The position numbers and the translations under genes are program-made. From positions 36,330,748-36,363,297 of the forward strand of contig NC_068987.1 of the NCBI RefSeq assembly GCF_001194135.2: a stretch of 32,550 nucleotides of DNA. Reading direction: 5' to 3'. Of this stretch, positions 10,880-22,388 are shown one piece after another; the stretch's first letter is position 1; the number at the start of each line of letters is the position of its first letter. Source of the DNA: Octopus bimaculoides. Taxonomy: Eukaryota. The notes beneath the pieces were generated by a model, which was given only the letters and a program-made list of their open reading frames with translations, had not been told where the DNA came from and ran no database searches.

Positions 10880-11618
10880 NNNNNNNNNNNNNNNNNNNNN
10901 NNNNNNNNNNNNNNNNNNNNNNNNNNNNNNNNNNNNNNNNNNNNNNNNNNNNNNNNNNNNNNNNNNNNNNNNNNNNNNNNNNNNNNNNNNNNNNNNNNNN
11001 NNNNNNNNNNNNNNNNNNNNNNNNNNNNNNNNNNNNNNNNNNNNNNNNNNNNNNNNNNNNNNNNNNNNNNNNNNNNNNNNNNNNNNNNNNNNNNNNNNNN
11101 NNNNNNNNNNNNNNNNNNNNNNNNNNNNNNNNNNNNNNNNNNNNNNNNNNNNNNNNNNNNNNNNNNNNNNNNNNNNNNNNNNNNNNNNNNNNNNNNNNNN
11201 NNNNNNNNNNNNNNNNNNNNNNNNNNNNNNNNNNNNNNNNNNNNNNNNNNNNNNNNNNNNNNNNNNNNNNNNNNNNNNNNNNNNNNNNNNNNNNNNNNNN
11301 NNNNNNNNNATATATGTATGTATGGGTGGACATGTGTTTTGCCTACCCAGCACAAACCATTGCCAGTGGCTACAATACTAAAGAATTCTTTCATAACAAA
11401 TACGTCTAAAGCAAAACCTACGCAAACTCTCGTTTACAGATGATTGCTGACGCTGATTTATTCTCAGGTAAGATACAGGTAAATTTAAATTTAAATTTAA
11501 AATTATCCCAAATCTCTCTTTCTCTGTCTCTTACCAACCCTCCATCCCGAAGTGCTTTTGTAGTGAGTGCATATTATTGTGTAAATTGCTTTCTAAAACT
11601 CACGGAACACGTATGTAA
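10557..11618. mobile_element. Foldback/long-TIR element or inverted repeat pair around (TA)n and a gap
   Basis: Arms 10557-10823 and 11335-11618 are reverse complements, with a 40-nt perfect block (10686-10725 vs 11424-11463) and substitutions plus indels elsewhere. Both outer ends read TTACATACGTGTTCCGT. Confidence 0.8.
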
Positions 11619-11628
11619 ATGTATTCAA

Positions 11629-11989
11629 ATCAAGCAACAGAGTCTTTGACAATGATAAAAAAAGTTTGAGTCTTTGTATATTCTCTGTGATGAGTCAAAA
11701 GATAGGTTACATAAAAACATTCAGATGACGTAATAAATTTTTCTTTACAATGATAAGAAGATAAAAATTAGTTTACATGAATATATCCCGATCAAGTAAT
11801 AGAGTCTTTGACAAAAAAGATAAGATGTGTCTGGTTTGTCATGTGTAGCCTCTGTGGAAGAATAGTTTACATCAAAACATTCAGATCAGGTAATACATTT
11901 TTTTACAATAAGATGAAAATTATTTTACAGAAACATATCTAGATCAAGTGATATAGTCTTTGACAAGATAAAACGTGTCTGGTTTGTCA
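11629..11989. repeat. Degenerate tandem repeat, unit 152-162 nt, about 2.3 copies
   Basis: ATCAAG..A.AGTCTTTGACAA starts units at 11629, 11791 and 11943; internal AAAACATTCAGAT and GTGTCTGGTTTGTC blocks recur. Confidence 0.8.
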
Positions 11990-12313
11990 ATCAGTGGGTG
12001 CTACAGTTTTAATCTCACTGATATCAGAAACCATATTTGTTTACAGCATCTTAAATTTAAAAAAAAAACAGGTGTGTAAAGAAATAACAGACGATTTATA
12101 GTTATCGGATCTGGCTTTTAGGGTCTGGCATAAATATTGATGCCAGTGTCATCCGATATTCGTTTTCATATGTAAGAAAAGTGTGGGTAATTGACTACAA
12201 GGCCAAAAGGTAGTTTACGATTGTTCTGATCTTGAATAGTTCTTGTGGCGCCAAAAGACGTTTGACGAGCAGGTTTCGTTACGGTTCAGTAGTTTTGGCT
12301 TGTATTTTGGTGC

Positions 12314-12674
12314 TTATATGTATGACTCATAAGTAAAGAATGATGTGTATTTTCGTGTAGGTGTACGTGTTATGTATGTGTGTGTTTTATTCTGGGAAAT
12401 GCGAATAGCGGCTTTATGTGTGTGCGCGTGCGTGTATGTAGGTGCTCTATTTGTGTGTGTGTCTACGTATGTGTTCGTGTGTGTGCATGCGTGTGAGTGC
12501 GTGTGTATGTGTGTGTTGCATTTGTCAGGTGGTCTCTGTGTGTACATGTGTATGCGTGTGTGTGTGCCTGTGTAAGTATGTGTTATATTTATCAGGGTCG
12601 TGTGTGTATATGTGTAAGTGCGTGTATATGTGCGTAAGTGTGTATGCATGTGTGATTTTAGTATTTATAACCCA

Positions 12675-12733
<59 letters not shown>
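12314..12733. repeat. Degenerate (TG/TA)n and (CA)n(TA)n simple-repeat tract
   Basis: Direct reading; source of the HTHT/CVCV ORFs. Confidence 0.9.
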
Positions 12734-13107
12734 NNNNNNNNNNNNNNNNNNNNNNNNNNNNNNNNNNNNNNNNNNNNNNNNNNNNNNNNNNNNNNNNNNN
12801 NNNNNNNNNNNNNNNNNNNNNNNNNNNNNNNNNNNNNNNNNNNNNNNNNNNNNNNNNNNNNNNNNNNNNNNNNNNNNNNNNNNNNNNNNNNNNNNNNNNN
12901 NNNNNNNNNNNNNNNNNNNNNNNNNNNNNNNNNNNNNNNNNNNNNNNNNNNNNNNNNNNNNNNNNNNNNNNNNNNNNNNNNNNNNNNNNNNNNNNNNNNN
13001 NNNNNNNNNNNNNNNNNNNNNNNNNNNNNNNNNNNNNNNNNNNNNNNNNNNNNNNNNNNNNNNNNNNNNCACACACACACACGCGCACACATGAGCACAC
13101 ACACTCA

Positions 13108-13139
<32 letters not shown>

Positions 13140-13450
13140 TTATGTACATAGGGTTATAATCGCAACTGTGTCCTCTGGAAGGAAGCACATCTGCTTATTC
13201 CAGTATTCCTAAGTCATTAGATATTAAAAAAGAAAGTACGCCTGAAAAAATCTAATCACTTGTCAGATAGTTCTACCTAAACGTCTGTTGAATAGGTCGA
13301 TTTACATAACAAACATATTTCTGCCGATTGGTACGTAAATGTCACAGTATGTCCTTATGTAACCCCGATATACTACCAAGTATATTAAAAGTTGGTAGAG
13401 AGATATTGTTTCTTAATTTTGTATTAGTGGTGCGATGTTTTTATTTTTGA

Positions 13451-13841
13451 AAGTTTATCTCCATAGATTTTTCTGTATAGAATTCAAAGCCACCACTGCG
13501 AGTTACGACGCTTCGTATACGATTTAGTCTATATAAACGATATGCTCCAAGATAATAAAAATAGTAATGCATTTTCAAAGAGTTATTTTGTTTGGTCTGT
13601 AAATTGGGCCATCCAGTAGTTTTACACCGCCAAAATTAGTGGGTATTGGAGTAATGCAATTGTGAACAGTGTGATGGGTTGGATGTGTTGCTGATGAAAG
13701 TTCAATAACACTTGAAATAATCATATATGACCATTACATATATTTTCTCTCTTCGTGTTTGCATTCACGTATTCACATGAGAAATGTCGTTACATGAAGT
13801 GTTGGCGCAGAATTCTATAGAAAATCTATAGATGTAAACTT
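13451..13841. mobile_element. Putative MITE with ~45-nt imperfect TIRs
   Basis: AAGTTTATCTCCATAGATTTTTCTGTATAGAATTCAAAGCCACCAC (13451-13496) versus the reverse complement of 13799-13841, AAGTTTACATCTATAGATTTTCTATAGAATTCTGCGCCAACAC. Confidence 0.5.
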
Positions 13842-13860
13842 AAAACGATATGTGTGTATG

Positions 13861-14046
13861 TTTCTGTTCGTCAGCACGCGCATTTGAGAACCGTTGTTGG
13901 GTTGTTTACCTCCCTATAACTTTGTGAGTCGGCAATAAATTAAGTACCACGTCTTAAAATAAGTGCTGGGATCGATCTGTTCTGCTAAACCCTTCAAGGT
14001 GATGACCCCATCATGACCAGGGTTTAAAACCTGAAACAAATAAAAC
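13861..14046 (+). mobile_element. SINE family A, decayed 3' half
   Basis: TGTTTACCTCCCTATAAC..TCGGCAA..AAGTACC..AATAAGTGCTGGGATCGAT..CTGAAACAAATAAAA aligns with the reverse complement of 8341-8515. Confidence 0.7.
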
Positions 14047-15020
14047 ACAAGTATATATATATATATATATTAATAAATTATAGGGTAGCAAAAAAAATTT
14101 TAGAAATTTTATTTACCACCAGTGGTCTAGCGAGAGTATATANNNNNNNNNNNNNNNNNNNNNNNNNNNNNNNNNNNNNNNNNNNNNNNNNNNNNNNNNN
14201 NNNNNNNNNNNNNNNNNNNNNNNNNNTATGTATGTATGTATGTATGTATGTATGTATATATGTATGTGTGTATGTATCTATGTATATCCATATATATAGA
14301 AAGAGATTATTAATATATTATATTATACTTATACTATATTATATAATATTATATTTCATTATATTTTATCATGTATCATATACTATATAATATTGATATA
14401 CATGTTCACAAGTTTAATCAGTGAAAGGATACACACTATTGTTAATATTTCATATGAAAGTCTCAGTTTAACTTTGGTATATTCATATTTCTTTTTAATA
14501 CCTAAACTATACATGTTTAATGTGCGAATTTTTATTCCTAAATAACTGTTTCCAATAAAACAAACATTTCTTTATTGTTCTCATTCTAAATTTTCCAAAG
14601 TGAAATTATTCTATATTTGTCATTGGTGTATGATCACCGTTTATGTGTTTTATAAGTATATCAGGTTTAGTTACTGAAGCGTTAGACATTATATACACAT
14701 ATTAATTTGCGTTTAATGTAAATTCGCTTTCATAAGTCGAGTGAAATTAATATTTTTCTATGGTGTGTATAAAATTATCCATTCCAGATTTAATATGTAT
14801 TTCACTTATGTTTCATACGTGACACGAGCAATATTCCATACTAATTTAAATATGTTATGATGTGTTTGGTATATGTCATTAATTCCACTTCATTCGGCAA
14901 AGCAATAACGCCGATACAGTAAAGTACTGGCTAGTAGCGACTAATTTCAAACCATCACTTTGTAAATGTAAATATAGTATCTTTTAAAAATTTAATTGCA
15001 ATGGTCATATTCTTTTGATC

Positions 15021-15149
15021 ATGATGATGATGGTGATGATGATGATGGTGATGATGATGACCTGATGATGACTACAACGCCGCCGCCGACGAAGAAGACG
15101 GTGTTGATGATGACGGTGATGACGATGATGATGATGATGATGATGATGA
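15021..15149. repeat. Imperfect (ATG/GAT)n trinucleotide repeat
   Basis: Direct reading. Confidence 0.95.
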
Positions 15150-15345
15150 AAATGATCTTTGTCAAAAGGCACAGGCGTGGATCTGTGGTAAGAATTTGGC
15201 TTCCCAACTTCATGGTTCTAGGTTCAGCCCCACTACATAGCAACTTCGGCAAGTGTCTTCTACTATAGCCTTGGACCGACTAAATCTTCGTCAGTATATT
15301 TCGTAGAGGGAAGCTGAAAGATGACCGTCGTTTATATGGATATAT

Positions 15346-15380
<35 letters not shown>

Positions 15381-15403
15381 GATGTATACAGAGAGAGAAA
15401 GGG

Positions 15404-15483
<80 letters not shown>

Positions 15484-15593
15484 CGACAGACAGAAAGACA
15501 GACAGACAGACAGGCAGGCAGGCAGGCAAGCAGAGAGACAGACAGGCAGACAGACAGAAAGGCAGGCAGAGAGACAGACAGCCAGATAGATAG
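15404..15593. repeat. Compound (GATA)n/(GACA)n/(GGCA)n tract
   Basis: Direct reading. Confidence 0.95.
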
Positions 15594-15610
15594 GTACTGA
15601 TTTAGACATA

Positions 15611-15913
15611 CGAGGTCTGATGTATAAGTATCCGAACTATTGTCATAGTAACGAAGAGTGAAGCTACTTGTCACAGATTGACCTTGACCTCTACTGTGCA
15701 TGCGCATTATGATTGTACGCTCTAGATCACTTCCGCTGTTTACAGCAGCGCTTGAAAGAAAGCTTTGTAGCGTGTGATCGTCGCATTGACCACGACGGAG
15801 AAAGTTTACATCACGATACCTGCTCAGGGACCTACACAAAGTTGCAGAAAGTGTATGGAGATGAGTGCATGAGCCATACGAAAGTGTACGATTGATTCAG
15901 ACGTTTCCAAGAG
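15611..15913 (+). mobile_element. Mariner 5' fragment (left TIR and start of transposase HTH)
   Basis: TA (15609-10) then CGAGGTCTGATGTATAAGTATCCGAACT. Encodes TYTKLQKVYGDECMSHTKVYD*FRRFQE, matching the mariner HTH motif (..YGDExLSxxxVxxWFxRFxxG) with W mutated to stop. Confidence 0.8.
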
Positions 15914-15937
15914 GTATGTGTGTGTATGCTTGTGCAT

Positions 15938-16017
<80 letters not shown>

Positions 16018-16700
16018 GTGCGAGCGTGTGCATGTGTTCGTGTGCATGCGTGCGTGTGTGTGTGTGCGTTTGTCCCAACCACCACTCGACGACAGATGTT
16101 CGTGTGTTTACGTCCCCGAAACCTAAACGTTCGTTAAAAGCCACCAATAGTATAAGTACCAGGCTGCAGTCTAAAACAAGTAAAAGATAAAAGATAAAAA
16201 GATAAAGATCATCTGTTTTGTGCAAATGATTTGCCACTGGTTCAATAGTTTGGGAAACCAATGAGGTGTCAGTGTCATTTATGAATACATAGATTAGCAA
16301 AAAGCAATTAGTGAAAGTATAGAACAAGTTACTAAGACTTACTCATTTGTAGTTGATGGCTGACACTTTATTCATATCACATAACATTTTTTCATTACTT
16401 CTACATCTACATTCTCGTCAACTTCTTCTGAGAATAAGTTTTCTCTATCAAACTATTCTTCGCATTTTTTATATACCTTCTTATATATTTTCATTGTAAT
16501 TGTTCAAAAATATGACATTGATATTAATTTTTTCTTTAGTTGATATTGAGGTTCATTGGTATACATGCAGTAAAGTTTCAGATTTGTAGCGATAGAAATT
16601 CCTTAAAAATATTTTATACACAGTAAAGTGAAAGATGACAAAAGGCTGTCATTACTGACATTCAGCAGAATCATCGCATTGTGGACAACATTTTTAATAG

Positions 16701-16760
16701 CATTTCTTTCGGCAGAGTTCAACTTCCGCCGAGATTGATTTGGTGTCGATGAAATAGGTT
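16701..16760 (+). mobile_element. Short fragment of SINE family C
   Basis: GAGTTCAACTTCCGCCGAG..GTCGATGAAATA matches the reverse complement of the CTCGGTGGAATTTGAACTC region in 27775-27990. Confidence 0.45.
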
Positions 16761-17796
16761 AATCCATTCTTCCTACGGTCCAGGTCGTGTGCCTATAGTA
16801 GAAAGCACTATTATTAGTATCACTATTATGTTTACTTTTATGAAAGACTTTTACTTTATGAATATTCATACTGTCATTTTGTCTGTCAGTGTTTCTATTA
16901 ACAATGCACACATTTTCAATCCACATTCCTTCCATCATTAGTCCTATGTTACGTGCTTCATTACCCGGCTCGACAGTTCTGAAGAAATAACAGTGACGTC
17001 GTGGGATCGTATAGGTAATAAGCCACTGCTGATGTAAATACATTAACAGAATGTGATTATACTGAGTACTCTTTTTCTAGACTGTCACCTAATGACTTTC
17101 GTGTACGGATGTATGTGTGTATGTATGTATATATGTACGCATGAAACAACTATCCACCCATATANNNNNNNNNNNNNNNNNNNNNNNNNNNNNNNNNNNN
17201 NNNNNNNNNNNNNNNNNNNNNNNNNNNNNNNNNNNNNNNNNNNNNNNNNNNNNNNNNNNNNNNNNNNNNNNNNNNNNNNNNNNNNNNNNNNNNNNNNNNN
17301 NNNNNNNNNNNNNNNNNNNNNNNNNNNNNNNNNNNNNNNNNNNNNNNNNNNNNNNNNNNNNNNNNNNNNNNNNNNNNNNNNNNNNNNNNNNNNNNNNNNN
17401 NNNNNNNNNNNNNNNNNNNNNNNNNNNNNNNNNNNNNNNNNNNNNNNNNNNNNNNNNNNNNNNNNNNNNNNNNNNNNNNNNNNNNNNNNNNNNNNNNNNN
17501 NNNNNNNNNNNNNNNNNNNNNNNNNNNNNNNNNNNNNNNNNNNNNNNNNNNNNNNNNNNNNNNNNNNNNNNNNNNNNNNNNNNNNNNNNNNNNNNNNNNN
17601 NNNNNNNNNNNNNNNNNNNNNNNNNNNNNNNNNNNNNNNNNNNNNNNNNNNNNNNNNNNNNNNNNNNNNNNNNNNNNNNNNNNNNNNNNNNNNNNNNNNN
17701 NNNNNNNNNNNNNNNNNNNNNNNNNNNNNNNNNNNNNNNNNNNNNNNNNNNNNNNNNNNNNNNNNNNNNNNNNNNNNNNNNNNNNNNNNNNNNNNN

Positions 17797-17845
<49 letters not shown>

Positions 17846-17926
17846 CGTATATAATATGTATGCATGTAGGCATGTATGCATGCATGTATATATGCATGCA
17901 TGTATGTATGTTTGTATGTATGTATG

Positions 17927-17983
17927 TAGGTAGTTAGGCAGTTAGGTAGGTAGGTAGGTAGGTAGGTAGGTAGGTAGGTAGGT
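17927..17983. repeat. (TAGG)n microsatellite
   Basis: Direct reading. Confidence 0.95.
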
Positions 17984-20467
17984 ATACATATATATATATC
18001 ACATTGCTTTTGTGCGTGTTTGTGTGTCTGCTTGTGCCTATGCGTAATGTGGAAACACGAAACCATTTTTTAATTTGATCATGCTGTTACAAGTTATCGA
18101 AAGTTTCTTCAAAGAACTAATGCCTTCGGTACCGTATGCAGCAGAAGCCTTAGACTGCGACCCAGTACTACTGACAATTAGTATTCACATACAGAAGAAT
18201 GCACATATACATACATACATCTATCTATATATCAATTTCGGTGTCTGTGTGTGTACATTTGTATTTATATATATATATATATATTATATATATTATATTA
18301 TTGATCAGTGTGTTATGACTTTCTCTCGCGGTATTCAATATTCTCCTATGTGTTTCTAGTCCTCTTCCACTCTCTCTCCATCTCTATCTGTATCAATGTA
18401 TCTGCATATATATGTAAATGTGCATAGATACAAGAATGTGTGTGTCTGTATATANNNNNNNNNNNNNNNNNNNNNNNNNNNNNNNNNNNNNNNNNNNNNN
18501 NNNNNNNNNNNNNNNNNNNNNNNNNNNNNNNNNNNNNNNNNNNNNNNNNNNNNNNNNNNNNNNNNNNNNNNNNNNNNNNNNNNNNNNNNNNNNNNNNNNN
18601 NNNNNNNNNNNNNNNNNNNNNNNNNNNNNNNNNNNNNNNNNNNNNNNNNNNNNNNNNNNNNNNNNNNNNNNNNNNNNNNNNNNNNNNNNNNNNNNNNNNN
18701 NNNNNNNNNNNNNNNNNNNNNNNNNNNNNNNNNNNNNNNNNNNNNNNNNNNNNNNNNNNNNNNNNNNNNNNNNNNNNNNNNNNNNNNNNNNNNNNNNNNN
18801 NNNNNNNNNNNNNNNNNNNNNNNNNNNNNNNNNNNNNNNNNNNNNNNNNNNNNNNNNNNNNNNNNNNNNNNNNNNNNNNNNNNNNNNNNNNNNNNNNNNN
18901 NNNNNNNNNNNNNNNNNNNNNNNNNNNNNNNNNNNNNNNNNNNNNNNNNNNNNNNNNNNNNNNNNNNNNNNNNNNNNNNNNNNNNNNNNNNNNNNNNNNN
19001 NNNNNNNNNNNNNNNNNNNNNNNNNNNNNNNNNNNNNNNNNNNNNNNNNNNNNNNNNNNNNNNNNNNNNNNNNNNNNNNNNNNNNNNNNNNNNNNNNNNN
19101 NNNNNNNNNNNNNNNNNNNNNNNNNNNATATATATATATATATATATATATATAACTGCTGACGTAGTTGAGTAACCGTCCTTATCTTATGGACAGACAC
19201 CTACACACATATATGTATACATAAACATGTATAGGTATGATTCTTTGTATAGATACGAGGGTGTATAAATAAAATATTCTATTTTACGATATAATAGGAT
19301 AGATATTTACCATAGCAATGTTCTGAACAATTTAATCACATATATATATCGTACTTTATAACTCTTCTAACACTTCTATAAATAAGAGACTGTTGCTTAG
19401 GTAACGTAAGTTTTCAGAAGTGATGTACATATTCCAAAATGCAAGATTTGTAGGTCATCGGTTGGTTAAGTTTTATCCTCCTACTCAGTGCTGACGGAAA
19501 TATTCTGCATTCTTGTTTCTAAGGGCTTGACATCTAGGAATTCATTCTGAGGTACTCCTATATTTTTGCTTCACTTGACAAAGTAACAGTGTGCCTGGTC
19601 TCATCAACATGGGGAACGTGTTTATCGTTGAAACTCTAAATGCCAAGGTTTCCTTTGTTGTTAGCACTGAGGTTGGACCACACAGATCAATAGTGCTGTA
19701 GAACAGGCACCGTATCCCAGACAACATCAAACCCGAAAAGATTATTAGCAATTGATGTAAGCATTAATTCAGTTATCTGTTTCGCGCTTAGACTGAACAC
19801 GTTAGCAGTATTTGCTAATTACAGTGCAGATGGCTGCTTATTAAATCTGTTACCTAGAAACAGAGACAAAGAAGAGGATATACACCAGTAATGCTACGTT
19901 GCTATGAGAGCAATTGTCAAGTAAAGATTTATCGCAGGAATTTGAAGGCTCAATTAGATCAATGTCATCAGAGAATTCAACACCAGCCGGAAATCTTCAA
20001 ACCTGATATATCAGTTCTGTATAATATGTAGTGGGATTTCTTCAGAAGGGAAGAGGGAAGATATTTTTTTATTTGTATTTAACATACACTTAGTTCATAA
20101 GATTTTGAACACAAGAATGCAAGTAAAAGGGATGGTAATATGTTGAGGGAAGCAAATTTATGTTCCGGTGAATTTTTTCTTTGAAAATCTGCTTGAGGTA
20201 ACCTCATATAAGAAGAGCAAGCTTCATTGTGGGGGAGTATTTGATGTATGTAACTTGACTTGAGTTCGAAACTTCCTTTCTATGGTTGAACAGTGTGTAG
20301 GTATGGCGTCGAGCAGTTGAAAATTTTTAGGATTTAAAATGTATCCACCATACACAAAGGTAAATACACGCACAAATCTTACTCACCACAGTATTTTTGT
20401 CTAACAACCTGTATACATATATGTTTATGTGTGCGTATGTGTGTGTGTGTGTGTTCACGTTCATGTG

Positions 20468-20519
<52 letters not shown>

Positions 20520-20522
<3 letters not shown>

Positions 20523-20873
20523 AGCCACTTTACCCTCACCTTCTTTTCTACCCCAGACTCACCACCGCGCCTGTTCCAACCCTTTCTACGTTTCTTAACT
20601 CGACTCAGAGAAGTAACTTTTCCCCCATCAGGCCCAGTTTCCATCTTGCGCACTCTCGCGTTAGTATTTTTTATGAATTTTACTTCTGAAGAAGGACTAG
20701 GAACCGAAATGTTAAAAAAAATTCTTTACTTTCAAAGGGTTTTGTCGAAACTACATATTTGTAATGTATGCATAATATAAGGAAATTGTGTCCAAAGTAT
20801 ATGTATGCAATGTAACCATAATATAAGGAAATGCACAGGGAGACGAGGAGATAAACGTAGCTAAATAAATTCA

Positions 20874-20880
<7 letters not shown>
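20520..20880 (+). mobile_element. Probable Penelope-like terminal fragment with hammerhead-like core
   Basis: C/T-rich 20520-20680, then CTGAAGA-AGG-ACTAGGAA-CC-GAAA-TGT-TA (20686-20714); bracketed by (TA)n tracts. Confidence 0.4.
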
Positions 20881-20930
<50 letters not shown>

Positions 20931-21450
20931 TGAACGAAATGGGGGGAGCTTACAGAGTTTTAGTTATCTTATCATTATGTGTATTTCTCTATATTATTTT
21001 GCAACGTGCATATTTATTAACATTTTCAGCGATATAAATGTTACGAGTCAAATAAAATTAAAGAAGAATTATTGGATTAACAGTAACAGGAGCTTACTAC
21101 ATTCTGTTATTTTCCACATTTCATGTGATACCTCGTCATTCTGGTTTTAATTTACAGTGACAGTTGATGACTTTTATCTCTCTAAAGGTGATATGTTATT
21201 CTCATCAATCTGTTGATTTAATCGCATATACCTTGCACAAATATGGCAATATGTCAAGTGCATTTCAATCAATGTTAATTCAAAAAGTAGTTGTGTGTCG
21301 TACTATACGTCTTGCAAATTTAGTTTCATTATTTTATGTTATCAGTTCAAAAATGTTCAGATATGACTATTGGTATATCACTGGGTTCAGTAAAATCTGC
21401 AATAATCTATACGTTTCCCTCCGGGACTCTTTTATCCATAAAATGTAGTC

Positions 21451-21717
21451 TTTTATCATTTTACTTGTCTCAATTTTTTGACAACGGCCAGGCTGGAGCC
21501 TTAAAGAGCTTTTGTTTAGTCGAAGAAATCGACCCCAGGACTTATTCTTTGCAAGCTTAGTACTTAGTCTATCGCCCTCTTTTGCCGAACCGTTTATTTA
21601 CGGGGACTTAAACATACCATCATCGGTTTTCAAGCGATGGTGTGGGGCATAAACAAACACATAAATATATACACGCGTGTGTATGTGTGTATATATATAT
21701 ATACACACACACACACT

Positions 21718-21778
<61 letters not shown>

Positions 21779-21930
21779 CGGGCTTCTTTCAGTCACCGTC
21801 TTCCAAATTTACTCACAAGGCTCTGGTCAGCCCGAAGCTATAGTAGAAAACACGTGCCCACGCAGTGGGACTGAACCCGGTACCATGGAGCTGAAAAGCA
21901 AGCTTCCTACTACACATTCACGCCTGCGCC
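21451..21930 (-). mobile_element. SINE family A, full-length, central CA/TA microsatellite
   Basis: Colinear with 8341-8767; the head ends at CGCCTGCGCC (21930). Confidence 0.9.
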
Positions 21931-22054
21931 TATATGTTTTATTCTTCTGAATGGAAAACTTTGCTATCATTTCGGCCACAAACAAAAAATATACATAACA
22001 ATTTTTAATTGTTATGTTTCACACATAAACATCCGCACACATATAACTTCATTC

Positions 22055-22257
22055 CTTTTTTTCTTTCAGGCATTTGATTACGACCATGCTAGAGCACCGC
22101 CTTTAGTTGTACAAATCGACCACAGGACTTATTCTTTGTATGCCTAGTACTTAATCTATCGGATCCTTTTGCCGAACCGCTAAGTTACGAGACGTAAACA
22201 CACCAGCATTGGTTGTCAAGCGATAGTGGTGGAACAGGCGCAGAATACAAACATAAG

Positions 22258-22330
<73 letters not shown>

Positions 22331-22388
22331 TCGACGGGCTTTTTCAGTTTCCGTTTACCATATCCACTCACAAGGCTTTGGTTAACCC
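22055..22388 (-). mobile_element. SINE family A, head lost in gap
   Basis: Colinear with 8341-8670; truncated by N at 22389. Confidence 0.85.

Larger units (their letters stand above)
15168..16209 (+). mobile_element. SINE family A, split by an expanded microsatellite and a nested mariner fragment
   Basis: 5' half 15168-15330 (A-box-like TGGATCTGTGG, B-box-like GGTTCAGCCCC); 3' half 16061-16209 with an internal deletion and an (AAAAGAT)n tail. Same order as the intact copies. Confidence 0.8.

Noticed and set aside
10557-11618. Inverted repeat as an assembly artefact around the gap
   Set aside because: The arms differ by substitutions and indel blocks, which a mis-joined read duplicate would not show.
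11629-11989. CRISPR-like array
   Set aside because: The whole unit is repeated, with no unique spacers; eukaryotic context and no cas genes.
12104-12157. Nested hairpin ATCGGAT/ATCCGAT around CTGGCAT/ATGCCAG
   Set aside because: Two 7-bp stems with a large asymmetric loop and no recognisable RNA family motif.
15168-15240. tRNA gene
   Set aside because: A/B-box-like sequence only, with no cloverleaf; it is a SINE head, as are the other tRNA-like segments.
14996-15268. Poly-Asp/poly-Met ORF
   Set aside because: Translation of a (GAT)n repeat running into a SINE head.
491-19200. Long ORFs in the supplied track containing X runs or HTHT/CVCV/YIYI/LSLS repeats
   Set aside because: They stay open only because N and dinucleotide repeats contain no stop codons.
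19254-19275. TACGAGGGTGTA resembling a mariner TIR start
   Set aside because: No partner TIR or transposase codons found nearby.
19594-19617. PGLINMGN resembling a ubiquitin-specific protease Cys box
   Set aside because: The catalytic Cys does not follow, the flanking splice sites are weak, and the match is only 8 residues.
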